This document shows positions 1-10,426 of a DNA stretch of 64,000 nt, in pieces (position 1 is the stretch's first letter; the number at the start of each line of letters is the position of its first letter). A program made the translations under genes and the position numbers. The DNA comes from Candidatus Sericytochromatia bacterium. GTDB taxonomy: Bacteria > Cyanobacteriota > Sericytochromatia > S15B-MN24 > JAQBPE01. The notes beneath the pieces were generated by a model. That model searched no databases and was not told where the DNA came from. It saw only the letters and a list, made by a program, of their open reading frames with translations. The stretch spans positions 82,970-146,969 of the forward strand of contig JBBAPZ010000005.1 of the NCBI GenBank assembly GCA_040400605.1. Reading direction: 5' to 3'.

Positions 1-66
1 GTGTGGCTTGCGACCGACGCGGCAAACTGGCAGGGAAATACCCTTAAAGAGCCGGCGTCTGCCTGA
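1..66 (+). CDS. 3' end of a CDS entering the window (partial, unknown product)
   Basis: Frame 1 is open from base 1 (VWLATDAANWQGNTLKEPASA) to TGA at 64-66, directly followed by the SD (AGGAGG) of the next gene. Confidence 0.4.
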   Translation: MWLATDAANWQGNTLKEPASA

Positions 67-80
67 CAGGAGGGTGTTTC

Positions 81-449
81 GTGTTTTTACATGTACGCTT
101 GAAGGTCCGGGACCTTGAGACTTCGATAGCTTTTTACGAACGTCATTTCGCTGCAACGTGTGAGGGGCGGCAGCGTTCACCGCGTGGCAGTCAGCTGGCT
201 TTTCTTGGTTTTCCGGGCACGACAACACAACTGGAGTTGGCTTTTTTGCCGTGGGATCCCGACTTTGTCCTGAACGAGGATATTTTTCATTTGGCGTTTG
301 AAGTTGAGAATATGGATGCCAGCTTGACCGCCTTGCGTGCGGCTGGTGTCAAGGTGACCGAGGAGCCGAGCGAACTGGGACGGGGCGGCTACATGGCTTT
401 TATTGAAGATCCTGACGGTTATGAAATTGAGTTGCTTTCGCGCGAGTGA
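81..449 (+). CDS. VOC/glyoxalase family protein (lactoylglutathione lyase-like)
   Basis: MFLHVRLKVRDLETSIAFY, HLAFEV and FIEDPDGYEIEL glyoxalase motifs; SD AGGAGG upstream. Confidence 0.9.
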   Translation: MFLHVRLKVRDLETSIAFYERHFAATCEGRQRSPRGSQLAFLGFPGTTTQLELAFLPWDPDFVLNEDIFHLAFEVENMDASLTALRAAGVKVTEEPSELGRGGYMAFIEDPDGYEIELLSRE

Positions 450-490
450 TCGTGCTTGCTTGTCCCGGTGACTGAATAAGGAGACTACTG

Positions 491-1966
491 ATGGGTGTGC
501 CTTCCTTGCGCGTATCGTCGGTTGATCCTGATTCGCAACGGTCTGTCAGTGTTGATGGCGATTATGTGTTGTACTGGATGATCATTCATCGGCGTCTGCG
601 TCATAATTTTGCGCTAGAACGTGCGGTGGAATGGGCCAATCGTCTCGGCAAGCCGTTGCTGATCCTCGAAACCTTGAAACTTGATTATCCGCACGCGTCT
701 GTGCGGTTTTCTTCGTTCATGGTGGATGCGATGCGTGAGCATGTCGCGGAAGTGGCTGGGCTTGCCGGGTTGCATTATTACGGCTTTGTCGAACGTGAAG
801 TAGGTCAATCGGATGCCTTGTTGGCGGAGTTGGCCAAGCGGGCGTGCGTGGTTGTGACGGATGAGTATCCGGCATTCATTTTGCCAGCGATGGTTGCGCA
901 GGCGGCGCGGATGGTACCGGTTCATTTCGAGAAGGTTGATGCGTGTGGTGTGTTGCCTTTGCGTGCGACATCGGGTCCGTTTGTCAGTGCGTATCTGTTT
1001 CGGCGTCATTTGCAGAAAGTCTTGCCTGAACATTTGATGGCACGATCATTGCGTGAGCCGCTGCGTGCCCTGGTTCTTCAACATTCGGAACTTGATTGCT
1101 CGGCGTATGAGGCGCGCTGGCCGAATCTTGCTCGGGATCCAATGGCGTTGAACGTGTTGGATTTGCCATTGAGCCGTTCGGTTGGGGTGGTTGAACAGAC
1201 ACGGGGGGGGGCCTCCGTGGCGCAGGGATTGTTGAAGCGGTTTGTGGCAGAACGTCTCTCAGCTTATGCTGATGAACGGCACGATGCGACGCGGGAGTTT
1301 ACAAGCGGCTTGGCGCCGTACCTGCATTTTGGTCAGATTGCGTCAGAGGAAGTGCTGTGGGACATTTTGACGGTGCAAAACTGGCATCCGGGGTTATTGG
1401 CCGCCAAGGTGAGCGGAGCCAAGTCCGGCTGGTGGGGGCTTGGTGCCGGGGCTGAGGCTTTCTTGGATCAATTGGTTACCTGGCGTGAGTTGGGTTTTGT
1501 GACGGCATTTCATTGGCCGGACCGTTACGACCGGTATGAGAGCCTGCCCGATTGGGCGCTGGAGACTTTGGATAGGCATGCGCATGACCCGCGCCTGTAT
1601 TGTTATTCGCTTGCGCAGTTTGAGCAGGCCCAGACGCACGATCCAATCTGGAATGCGGCGCAGCGCCAACTTTACAAGGAAGGCCGCATTCATAACTATT
1701 TGAGGATGTTGTGGGGGAAGAAGATTTTGGAGTGGAGCCCGACGCCTGCGCAGGCATTGGAGACCATGTTGTTGTTGAATGATCGGTATGCCTTGGATGG
1801 ACGTGACCCCAACTCCGTTAGTGGCATTTTTTGGTGTTTGGGCAGATACGACCGCCCGTGGGGGCCGGAAAGGCCGATTTTTGGCAAAGTACGCTACATG
1901 TCCTCCGATAACACGGCTCGGAAAATGGATTTGTCGGGTTATCTTTTGCGCTATCGGTCGTTTTGA
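491..1966 (+). CDS. phr: Deoxyribodipyrimidine photolyase, class II CPD type
   Basis: VLYWM, SGLAPYLHFGQI, THDPIWNAAQ, YLRMLWGKKILEW and LDGRDPN motifs. Confidence 0.92.
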   Translation: MGVPSLRVSSVDPDSQRSVSVDGDYVLYWMIIHRRLRHNFALERAVEWANRLGKPLLILETLKLDYPHASVRFSSFMVDAMREHVAEVAGLAGLHYYGFVEREVGQSDALLAELAKRACVVVTDEYPAFILPAMVAQAARMVPVHFEKVDACGVLPLRATSGPFVSAYLFRRHLQKVLPEHLMARSLREPLRALVLQHSELDCSAYEARWPNLARDPMALNVLDLPLSRSVGVVEQTRGGASVAQGLLKRFVAERLSAYADERHDATREFTSGLAPYLHFGQIASEEVLWDILTVQNWHPGLLAAKVSGAKSGWWGLGAGAEAFLDQLVTWRELGFVTAFHWPDRYDRYESLPDWALETLDRHAHDPRLYCYSLAQFEQAQTHDPIWNAAQRQLYKEGRIHNYLRMLWGKKILEWSPTPAQALETMLLLNDRYALDGRDPNSVSGIFWCLGRYDRPWGPERPIFGKVRYMSSDNTARKMDLSGYLLRYRSF

Positions 1967-2135
1967 TCCGTTCGGATGCCCTCCGATCGTTGCTCCACTG
2001 TCGCGATTGATGCGATTGCCCGATTTTCAAGATTTTAGCAAATGAACTGTCGAATGCTCATTCAAGCATGATGGCTGAACACGCCTGTGACCGAACACAC
2101 TGCGTGGGATGCATTATGTTTACTAGGATGGCGTT

Positions 2136-2987
2136 ATGACAAACCAAGCACTGAACCCACAGACAAAACACCAGCACAACGGCCAGGAAGCGGCCCCCTT
2201 CGTTAAGTGGGTGGGTGGCAAACGGGCATTGTTACCTGAGTTGGCAGCACGTTTTCCCAGGCGTTACAACCGCTATCACGAACCATTCGTTGGTGGGGGG
2301 GCGGTGTTCTTTTACCTGCAACCGGATCGCGCACGGTTATCGGATTATAACGCCGAGTTGATTACGACCTATCAAGTCATTCGTGACCGCGTTGAGGACC
2401 TCATCGCACACCTGCGCGGCCATCGGCACGATGAAGAATACTACTACCAGGTACGTGCAGTCGATACATCGCAATTGGACGCCATTGAACGCGCCTCGCG
2501 GATGATTTTTTTGAATCGCACCTGTTTTAATGGTCTTTATCGTGTCAATGCCAAAGGTGGCTTCAATGTCCCCTTTGGCAAGTACAAGAATCCCACCATC
2601 TGCAATGCCGACGGCCTGCGCGCCGCAAGCGACGCGTTGCAAGGGGCGTACATCGCTCACGCCAGCTATACCAGCATTCTCGATACGGCTCGACCAGGTG
2701 ATTTCGTCTATTTTGACCCACCTTACCATCCACTCAATGCCACGGCTAAGTTCACGAGTTACACCGCGGACTCGTTCACGGAACGAAACCAGCGAGACTT
2801 GGCTGACACTTTCCGGGTTCTGGCCAATCGCGGATGCAAAGTCATGTTGAGCAATTCTGATACGCCGCTGATTCGTGATTTGTACGCAGACTTTAACCTT
2901 GAATTGGTCTACGCACCAAGACAGGTGAATCGGGATGCTTCCAAGCGGGGGCTAATCAGCGAGGTTCTCGTCCGTAATTACCGTTGA
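2136..2987 (+). CDS. dam: Dam-family (D12 class) DNA adenine methyltransferase, orphan
   Basis: KWVGGK, EPFVGGGAVF, FNGLYRVN..G.FNVPFG and catalytic DPPY motifs; no adjacent endonuclease. Confidence 0.92.
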   Translation: MTNQALNPQTKHQHNGQEAAPFVKWVGGKRALLPELAARFPRRYNRYHEPFVGGGAVFFYLQPDRARLSDYNAELITTYQVIRDRVEDLIAHLRGHRHDEEYYYQVRAVDTSQLDAIERASRMIFLNRTCFNGLYRVNAKGGFNVPFGKYKNPTICNADGLRAASDALQGAYIAHASYTSILDTARPGDFVYFDPPYHPLNATAKFTSYTADSFTERNQRDLADTFRVLANRGCKVMLSNSDTPLIRDLYADFNLELVYAPRQVNRDASKRGLISEVLVRNYR

Positions 2988-3304
2988 CCTGAGCGGTCAA
3001 GTTAGCCAAAACGCTTCAGTCAGGCACCGTGATGCTCGGGGTTCAAAAACGTGTTCAGGCTGTTCGCGTTGTTGATTTGTTGCTTGGTTGCTCTTGAACC
3101 AGACACGCGAGCGGTATTGCAAAATAGGTATGCATTGGGCTGCGCTGTCTGGAGAATCCGGCGGTTTAAGCAGGTAAACCTCAGAGTCTGTTCAGTTATT
3201 GTTGAACGTTAATGCCTGTTAATAAAATAATGACAAATTTTATACAAACTGTTGAAGAAAGCTTGTCAGATGCTTGATACAACTGTGCAACCCTTGTAGA
3301 GGGG

Positions 3305-3826
3305 ATGCATAGGGGTTGCCAAACGATGGGACAGCGTACGACGAACAGATGGCGCGCGCTTGCCGTACTGATCGGGGTCAGTCTGGCTGGTTGCAGTTTG
3401 ATGAGTCAGGTATCGCGGGAGACGGAGACTTATCCGACGCGTAGCAGTCGGTTTGGCTTGTTTGACTGGGCCGGCTTGCTTGAGCCCACCCAAACATTGC
3501 GGCCGGGTGTCGGTCTTGTTACGGTACAGTCTGTGGGATGTGATCGAACACGGATCTCTTGGCGTTCACCCTGGCCTGGCAGCAGTGTGGTGCGCTATGG
3601 TCTGGAACACCGACTGTTGCCCCATGCCAGCCGAGAAACCCTGCCGACCGAACACACAACTGTGGAACTGCCCTATCTGGCGTCCGGTGTCAGACACTTT
3701 TTCCAAGTTGAAACCGTTACGGCCTTGGGTGGCGCGCGCTCGGCCATTTGTTCCTTTTTGGCACCCACAGGCCGTGGTGTCACACCGCTCTCAACGGCTC
3801 AATCGACACAGTCTGCGCCTGACTGA
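3305..3826 (+). CDS. Putative lipoprotein with a fibronectin-III-like beta-sandwich
   Basis: Lipobox SLAGC; ISW...SSVVRYG...HTTVELPYL.SG..HFFQVET pattern resembles FN3/purple-acid-phosphatase N-terminal domains. Confidence 0.55.
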   Translation: MHRGCQTMGQRTTNRWRALAVLIGVSLAGCSLMSQVSRETETYPTRSSRFGLFDWAGLLEPTQTLRPGVGLVTVQSVGCDRTRISWRSPWPGSSVVRYGLEHRLLPHASRETLPTEHTTVELPYLASGVRHFFQVETVTALGGARSAICSFLAPTGRGVTPLSTAQSTQSAPD

Positions 3827-3979
3827 AGCGGTCACTCCTGCCATCAGGGAATATTTCTGGCTAAATGGTCGCGTGGCCAGCAGGCAGCCGCGCTCAAACC
3901 GAAAGGGCACCGAGCGGTGCCCTTGGATGGGTGTTGTGTTGTGTCCAACGCGCATGCACCATGGTCCAAGGAGGTGGCC

Positions 3980-4648
3980 ATGGATGTGCCAATGTTGGGA
4001 ATGCCCGTATGGTGTCACCGTGAATTGGCTGGCCGGGTATGGCGGCTCACGGTAGAGACCGTTACACACAAGCCTGTTGCGGTGGTGGTAAAAGCGCCCA
4101 CCTGGTTTGGTTGGGATCGCATGCTTCCAATCAAGGCACTTGGCGTGCGACCCGATCACTCATTGTCGCTCAGGCTAAGCCGCGCGCAATTCGATCGACT
4201 GCCGCGCTACGACCGTGCCACAAGCGACCATTCAACCCTCATGAGGCCCTTGCCAGTTATCGTGCCAATGGGCGGCGTCATCTGGCCCTCTTTCACACCA
4301 TTGTTCGATTCAAAAATCAACAGACTTCCCGCGCGAAACCACCATCACATTTGGGTGTTTGACCACCACGCACCCGTTTTTGCAGGCGGTCAGGAATGGG
4401 GCACACTGAGTCAAGCCTATGTGTCAATGAACAGCAAGCGCCTGAGTAGCCTGATAATCACCCATAAAGGATTCAACCCGGTTTCACTGGAAATTCCTCC
4501 GAGTTGGGTCATAGACGCCAAACCCGCCGGCATCTCCCTAAAACTTGATGCCACACAAGTTGATAAAGCCGCCCGATTTTTACAGGCAACACCTGCTTCA
4601 ACGAGCGCAACGAACAAGTCGTGCTCCACGCTTAACTTCGTCACTTGA
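3980..4648 (+). CDS. PRC-barrel-like domain protein
   Basis: SD AAGGAGG at 3968-3974 favours ATG 3980 over the track start; two segments of the type G.PV.C...LAGRV..L.V and G.L..AYV....RL..LII. Confidence 0.5.
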   Translation: MDVPMLGMPVWCHRELAGRVWRLTVETVTHKPVAVVVKAPTWFGWDRMLPIKALGVRPDHSLSLRLSRAQFDRLPRYDRATSDHSTLMRPLPVIVPMGGVIWPSFTPLFDSKINRLPARNHHHIWVFDHHAPVFAGGQEWGTLSQAYVSMNSKRLSSLIITHKGFNPVSLEIPPSWVIDAKPAGISLKLDATQVDKAARFLQATPASTSATNKSCSTLNFVT

Positions 4649-4734
4649 ACAAATTTTAGTGAGAAGTTAAGCTTTTTGAATCAAGTGTTGTGTGGGAGCT
4701 TGCGATAAGTGTTGCAGAGTAGGGGGCAGGCGTC

Positions 4735-4959
4735 ATGGTGATACGAGTCGCGCTTGGACTGATGATTGGCTGTTCGTTGACCGCTTGCGGGCGCCCAATT
4801 GAGCCTGCGCCTGAGGTGATTGATTCAGTTTTCACGCGCTTGCCGCAACGGAGTGCGTCCAAGAAGTTACGACGCGAGGAACAGACGCAACGGGAGTCGC
4901 AACCCAAGGCGACGGATACATCCAAGATTGGGGTACCCACGCCGGATGGGCGGGGATAA
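4735..4959 (+). CDS. Small hypothetical lipoprotein
   Basis: Hydrophobic N-terminus with lipobox LTAC; purine-rich SD. Confidence 0.5.
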   Translation: MVIRVALGLMIGCSLTACGRPIEPAPEVIDSVFTRLPQRSASKKLRREEQTQRESQPKATDTSKIGVPTPDGRG

Positions 4960-4964
4960 GCGAC

Positions 4965-5204
4965 TTGCACGAGAAAACGGGGGAGGCAAGGGGGTTGGGA
5001 TCAGGTTTGGCGGAGGCATATCAAGAACTCCAAGAGCGGGTAGCGGCAGTTCCGCCTGAGCATTTGCGTGTTCTGGCTGCGACGGACCGACTGTATGCGT
5101 GTTTACAAGAAGAGGAAAGCACCTTGACGGATGCGGAATATACGCAAATCAAAGTGCTTTTGGCGCACGCGGAGTCGTTGCTTACCCGTTATTTTGGCAT
5201 GTGA
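4965..5204 (+). CDS. Small helical hypothetical protein
   Basis: Starts 5 nt after the previous stop and ends 6 nt before the convergent ETF-QO stop; amphipathic sequence. Confidence 0.5.
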   Translation: MHEKTGEARGLGSGLAEAYQELQERVAAVPPEHLRVLAATDRLYACLQEEESTLTDAEYTQIKVLLAHAESLLTRYFGM

Positions 5205-5210
5205 ACGAGG

Positions 5211-6899
5211 CTACATGCCCAGGTAAACGGGCCCGCCGCCCCCCTCAGGTGCCACCCATGTGATCAATTGGTACGGGTCCATGATATCGCAGGTCTTACA
5301 GTGGACACAGTTAGAGGGATTCAGCTTTAACTCGGTGACGCCCTGTCCTTTGAGATCCACCATTTCGTAGACGGCCGCTGGACAAAAATACTGACACGGG
5401 TTTCCATACTCTTCCTTGCAGCGGGTGTTACAGATATTCGTATCGGCGAGTCGTAAGTGGGCCGGTTGATTTTCTTCGTGTTTGGTCCCAGAACGATAGA
5501 CATCATCGAGCTTGGAAAACGTCAACTTTCCGTCGAATTTGAAGGCCTCTGCCGACTGGCTTGCGCCGCGCGCGCGTTGTTCCTTCAGGGTACGCATCCG
5601 GGTGTGACCTGGGTGCGCCAAATAGCGATCCCGGATGCCACGTCCCTTGGTGATCATCTGCAACGGGATGTGAAAGGCCATCGCGGGCAACAGGCCGTGC
5701 TCGAACGCTTGGTGGAAATTACGCGCCAGTCGGAGTTCCTGTCCAATGCTGCCTGTCATGACACGGGTGCCGTAACTTTCCAGGCACTTTTCACTGAAGT
5801 CATTGGCCAACAGCGCTTCGAATATTGCTTCGGCGGCTTGAATGCCTGACTCAATGGCCAAATGGATGCCTTTAAGACGCATTGGATTCAGCAGGCTTGC
5901 CGAATCACCGATCAGCAAGGCGCCATCCACGTAAAGTTTTGGAATCGACCAGTAGCCACCCTCAGGGATTGTTTTCGCCCCGTAACGCACCATTTCTCCA
6001 CCGTCAAGCATCGCTGCGATCGCCGGGTGGGTCTTGTAACGTTGCAAGGCAAGGTGCGGGTCAAACGACGGATCGCGATAATCGAGGCCACTGACCATGC
6101 CAACATAAGCCAAGTTGTCATCAAGATGGTAAATGAACCCCCCACCAAACTCTTCGAACTTTAAAGGAAAGTTCATGGTGTGAATCACACGACCTTTTTT
6201 GTGATTCTCGGGCTTGAGCCGCCACAACTCCTTGACACCAATGGCCCAAATCTGTGGATTGCGACCCGCATCCAACGATTTCTTCTGGATCAGTGATTTG
6301 GTCAAGGTGCCGCGCGTTCCTTCCCCCAAGACCGTCACCTTTGCATGAAAATCCATCCCCGGGCTGTAGGATGGACGCGGTTTGCCGTGGTGATCCAAGC
6401 CCTGTTCGGTGGTGCGTGCGCCAATGACGCGATCATCTGCATCATAGAGCAACTCAGCCGCCGGAAACCCTGCTGCAACAGTCACGCCTTCCTCTTCAGC
6501 CTTGGTTGCCATGAATGCAACCAGCTTTTGCAAACTGATCACGTAGTTGCCATGATTGTTCATCGGTGGCGGCGTGATCGGCGCCTTTATACGATGCCTG
6601 GCTGTCAGCCACCACAATTCATCTTCAGTGACAGGACTCTCCAGTGGCACCCCCGCAGCCTCAAGATCGGGAAACAGTTTTCTTAGACTGGACGGGTCCA
6701 GCACTGCGCCGGAAAACCCGTGATAGCCCACCTCAGCACTCTTTTCCAGTACCGCGATCACGGGCTCAGCCAGCACATTGACCCCTTTGGCATTGTGCGC
6801 CTTCACCAGCCGTGCAAGGTGAATCGCACCCGCTAAGCTGGCAGGACCCGCACCCACGAACAAAACATCCACAGGGTTGACTTCGCGTGTGATGGTCAT
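5211..6899 (-). CDS. Electron transfer flavoprotein-ubiquinone oxidoreductase
   Basis: VDVLFVGAGPASL FAD motif, IPEGGYWSIPKL, C-terminal 4Fe-4S motifs CPAAVYE and NCVHCKTCDI, ending PEGGGGPVY.GM. Confidence 0.95.
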   Translation of the reverse strand: MTITREVNPVDVLFVGAGPASLAGAIHLARLVKAHNAKGVNVLAEPVIAVLEKSAEVGYHGFSGAVLDPSSLRKLFPDLEAAGVPLESPVTEDELWWLTARHRIKAPITPPPMNNHGNYVISLQKLVAFMATKAEEEGVTVAAGFPAAELLYDADDRVIGARTTEQGLDHHGKPRPSYSPGMDFHAKVTVLGEGTRGTLTKSLIQKKSLDAGRNPQIWAIGVKELWRLKPENHKKGRVIHTMNFPLKFEEFGGGFIYHLDDNLAYVGMVSGLDYRDPSFDPHLALQRYKTHPAIAAMLDGGEMVRYGAKTIPEGGYWSIPKLYVDGALLIGDSASLLNPMRLKGIHLAIESGIQAAEAIFEALLANDFSEKCLESYGTRVMTGSIGQELRLARNFHQAFEHGLLPAMAFHIPLQMITKGRGIRDRYLAHPGHTRMRTLKEQRARGASQSAEAFKFDGKLTFSKLDDVYRSGTKHEENQPAHLRLADTNICNTRCKEEYGNPCQYFCPAAVYEMVDLKGQGVTELKLNPSNCVHCKTCDIMDPYQLITWVAPEGGGGPVYLGM

Positions 6900-7386
6900 A
6901 TCTTCGCTCCCTCGTTATCGTCTGCCTCCATTATACGGACTTTAGACATACCGTGAAACCAAAAACACGCGCGGTGTGCTTTTTTGACGCCTGCGTGCGC
7001 CACCCGGTCCGGCAAGCGAGTGGAACAAGGCGCCCCCCAGCGTGTTTCAACAGCAAACAGCACGGACTTAAGACGGATGCATTGTTTGTCTTGCCCCGCA
7101 TGTTCCGCTCGCTGCGGTACTGTCACTCATTCCGAGACATTCAATTTCAACGAATCGAACCAAGTGCCACGGAACATTTTCCGACCGGCAAATGGCACAG
7201 ACATGATGGGATAATGTTGCCTTCGATCCACAGTCTGCACTTGCCACTCTATCCTGAACAGTCAATTTTAACTTGATGAGAAACTATTGATAACGCAAGT
7301 TTGACAGACGGATCAACGATAGCTGAATGCATAACGTGGCAGATGCGATGGATATCTTGTGTTTGAATAACTTGTAAAAGGGAGCC

Positions 7387-8847
7387 TTGGACGTGATGTT
7401 TCAGAGCTTGGGTTCTAGCGGTTCAAGCCGTGCATTAATGGGGCGAACGGTTTGTTTGATTACAGGTTTGGCGCTGGCCGCCGGTTTGCTGGCGTCTTGC
7501 GGGCGGGCGCCTGTTTCTGTGCGGGCGCTATCAACTGCGGTTCGGGCAGCGGGTACACCGAATGAATTCATGTGGGGTGTTTCGACCGCTGGTTATCAGT
7601 GGGAGGGGCACGATAAATCGAGTCAATGGGCGATATGGGATCAACAGGGTCGCACGGCTGAGCGGAACACCCATGCGGCTAACGGTTTGGAATTGTATCC
7701 CGAGGATGTCCGGCTGACCCGTGGTATGGGTTGCAATGCGATGCGCACGAGTATTGAGTGGTCGCGTATCGAGCCAACCAAAGGCGTTTACGATCCAAAG
7801 GCGATCAAGCACTATCACGACGTGCTGGATGAAATGCGGAAGAATGGTTTGGAACCGATCATGACGTTGATGCATTTCACGTATCCCGCATGGTTGGATC
7901 GCGAGGGTGGCTGGGAAGACGGGCGAACACCGGCAAAATTCGCCAAGTTCGCTGCATTCGTAGCCAAAGAGTATGGTGCCAAGATCCGCTATTACATCAC
8001 CTTCAATGAGCCCAATACCTACCTGATTGCCGGTTGGTTGGCACGCGTCATGCCGCCTGGGAAAGCGGATCCCCTGGCAGGACTGGCTGCGATGCGCAAC
8101 ATGTTGAAGGCACACGATATGGCCTATGATGCAGTGCACGCCTCAGACCCTGAGTCGCAGGTGTCATTCAATATGTACACGGCGGAATGGCCGTGGGCCA
8201 ACACGCGTGATGAACTCAACCACAACGAGTCGCCGTCCCCCGGTTCGGAATCGGCGCGTGACAAGGTTTACAAGCAATTGGCAACGGTAGATACAGGCGA
8301 CGGCAAGTCGGCCAAGCTCGATTATGCTGCGCTGGATTATTATTGTCGTTTTCGCACGGTTCCTGTGCCCTTTCCTTCGCCGGATCGCTGGGAGGTTTAT
8401 CCGGAGGGTTTGTACAATGCCATCAAACGCAATTATGCCCGCTACCGGTTGCCGATCCTGATTGCAGAGAATGGTCTCGCAACCCGCGACAACCAACCAC
8501 GGGCGGATCGCTGGACCCGCTCCGCATACCTCGTTGCGCACATCAGGCAGATGCAACGTGCCATGAGCGAAGGTTATCCCGTGATGGGTTACATCCATTG
8601 GTCCATTACCGACAATTATGAATGGGGTTCGTTCTCCCCACGCTTCGGACTCTACACCGTGGATTGCCGTAATCGCGACTTCACACGCGTGCAAGCCGAC
8701 GGCGTCGACGCGTTTCGCGCCATCATTGCGACAGGTGGCGTCAGCCAAGCGCTGCTCAGACAGTATCCCTCGCCCCAAACGTTGCCCCTGCCGGCGCCAT
8801 GGGTCGGCGGCGGTACAGGCTCACCTGTCGGCATCAATGACAATTGA
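7387..8847 (+). CDS. Glycoside hydrolase family 1, predicted lipoprotein
   Basis: FMWGVSTAGYQWEG, RTSIEWSRIEP, TFNEP (acid/base), IAENG (nucleophile), WSITDNYEW; lipobox LLASC. Confidence 0.9.
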   Translation: MDVMFQSLGSSGSSRALMGRTVCLITGLALAAGLLASCGRAPVSVRALSTAVRAAGTPNEFMWGVSTAGYQWEGHDKSSQWAIWDQQGRTAERNTHAANGLELYPEDVRLTRGMGCNAMRTSIEWSRIEPTKGVYDPKAIKHYHDVLDEMRKNGLEPIMTLMHFTYPAWLDREGGWEDGRTPAKFAKFAAFVAKEYGAKIRYYITFNEPNTYLIAGWLARVMPPGKADPLAGLAAMRNMLKAHDMAYDAVHASDPESQVSFNMYTAEWPWANTRDELNHNESPSPGSESARDKVYKQLATVDTGDGKSAKLDYAALDYYCRFRTVPVPFPSPDRWEVYPEGLYNAIKRNYARYRLPILIAENGLATRDNQPRADRWTRSAYLVAHIRQMQRAMSEGYPVMGYIHWSITDNYEWGSFSPRFGLYTVDCRNRDFTRVQADGVDAFRAIIATGGVSQALLRQYPSPQTLPLPAPWVGGGTGSPVGINDN

Positions 8848-9084
8848 GCGAAACTGACCCTAAGTTGACGCGTGACAAGGTAGAACAACGCATCGCAACG
8901 ATCAGTGTCGCAAAACGTCGCTTTCCCTGTCATCGCTAGAATACCCTGAGATGTCAAGTCGCGTGGCCAAGACCATGATGACAGTCGGCCAATGGCAGTT
9001 ATCGTCGCGGTTGCAATGCTTTGGGCTTATAGGCACTTGACAGCGGCTTCAGCAGGCGGTTACATGGTGTTGTTTACTTGGTGC

Positions 9085-9220
9085 AAGCAGAAGTCACACC
9101 TTCTCACCCGGCAGCCGTTTATGTGTTAGCTGAGGTTTCCATGCCAAATGTGTTTGTTGCATTGCGATGTTCCAACATAGGCTGGTTGAGCAGGTGTCAT
9201 CAGGCGCCTGCTCGCTTTGT
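9085..9220 (+). promoter_or_regulatory. Putative ribosomal protein L20 leader upstream of infC-rpmI-rplT
   Basis: AAGCAGAAG-TCACAC-CTTCTCACC 5' motif resembles Firmicute L20 leaders; hairpin GAGCAGGTG..CGCCTGCTC (9188-9213) followed by T-rich bases; TTGACA at 9037-9042. Confidence 0.55.
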
Positions 9221-9235
9221 ATGGAGGAAAGAGCG

Positions 9236-9754
9236 ATTAACAAGGACACGGCGTTAATCAACGACCGCATTCGTGCGCGCGAACTGCGGACGATCGATGA
9301 CAGTGGGGAGCAGCTTGGCATATTGCCTGCGCGTGAAGCATTAAGAATTGCGCAGGAAAAGGGGCTGGATCTGGTTTTGGTTGCAGCGGACGCAAATCCG
9401 CCTGTTGCCAAGATAATGGATTATGGTCGGCACAAGTTCGAGACCGAAAAGAAACTGCGCGAAGCAAAGAAAAAGCAGCATGTGGTGACGCTGAAGGAAC
9501 TGACCTTGAGCTACAAAATCGGTGAACACGACTACCAGGTGCGCTTGCGGAGTTTGCAGAAATTTTTGAAAGAGGGCGATAAGGTCAAGGTGACCATTCG
9601 TTTTCGTGGTCGAGAGGTTCAACACAGTGGCCTTGCATCGGATCTTTTGATGCGTTTTGCTCGGGATGTTGAGGAGAACGCGGTCCTTGAGCGGGAACCT
9701 CGACTGGAAGGTCGCACCTTGTTTATTATTCTGGCCCCCAAGAAGGAGAAGTGA
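9236..9754 (+). CDS. infC: Translation initiation factor IF-3 (ATT start)
   Basis: [48 protein letters not shown]; in-frame ATT at 9236, 8 nt after SD GGAGG. Confidence 0.95.
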   Translation: MNKDTALINDRIRARELRTIDDSGEQLGILPAREALRIAQEKGLDLVLVAADANPPVAKIMDYGRHKFETEKKLREAKKKQHVVTLKELTLSYKIGEHDYQVRLRSLQKFLKEGDKVKVTIRFRGREVQHSGLASDLLMRFARDVEENAVLEREPRLEGRTLFIILAPKKEK

Positions 9755-9759
9755 TCCCA

Positions 9760-9969
9760 ATGCCCAAGATGAAGACCCACCGCGCTTCCGCGAAGCGGTA
9801 TTCAGTTAGTGGATCTGGTAAATTGATGCGTCGCAAGGCAGGCAAGAAGCACCTGTTGGTTGGCAAGTCGTCTAGTCGCAAACGTCGACTGGAGGGGAAC
9901 ATGGCGGTCAATGAGGCGGATCAGACTCGCGTGAGTTTGTCTTTGCCGTATCCGCAGTACTTGCGTTGA
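9760..9969 (+). CDS. rpmI: 50S ribosomal protein L35
   Basis: [30 protein letters not shown]; position in the infC operon. Confidence 0.97.
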   Translation: MPKMKTHRASAKRYSVSGSGKLMRRKAGKKHLLVGKSSSRKRRLEGNMAVNEADQTRVSLSLPYPQYLR

Positions 9970-10007
9970 ACCGCCCTGAACGCACTAGTTTTTAAGGAGT
10001 CTTTGAT

Positions 10008-10367
10008 ATGCCTCGCGTCAAACGTGGTGTTGCCAACAAGAACAAGCACAAGAAAGTGTACAAACTCACCAAGGGATTTCGTGGTTCCTTGAGTAAAGTG
10101 TTTCGCGCGGCGAATCAAGCGATGATGCGCGCATTGCGATACGCATATCGCCATCGTCGAACCAAGAAACGCGAATTCCGTTCGCTGTGGATTCAACGTA
10201 TCAACGCAGCGGCGCGTTTGGAAGGATTGTCTTACAGCCAATTGATTAACGGTCTGAAACGGTCGAATATAGCGGTCAATCGGAAGGTTTTGGCTGATCT
10301 CGCGGTGAACGATGCTTCAACTTTCAATCTGCTGGTTCAATCGGCCAAGAAGAGCTTGAGCGCGTAA
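10008..10367 (+). CDS. rplT: 50S ribosomal protein L20
   Basis: MPRVKRG, YAYRHRRTKKREFRSLWIQRINAAAR, NRKVLADLAV. Confidence 0.98.
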   Translation: MPRVKRGVANKNKHKKVYKLTKGFRGSLSKVFRAANQAMMRALRYAYRHRRTKKREFRSLWIQRINAAARLEGLSYSQLINGLKRSNIAVNRKVLADLAVNDASTFNLLVQSAKKSLSA

Positions 10368-10389
10368 GCGCCGGTTTTGGGTCGCATCG

Positions 10390-10414
10390 GCGGGGCTTGG
10401 GCCCCGCTTTTTTT
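10390..10414 (+). terminator. Intrinsic terminator after rplT
   Basis: GCGGGGC-TTGG-GCCCCGC followed by T7. Confidence 0.85.
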
Positions 10415-10426
10415 GATGGGGGAAAT

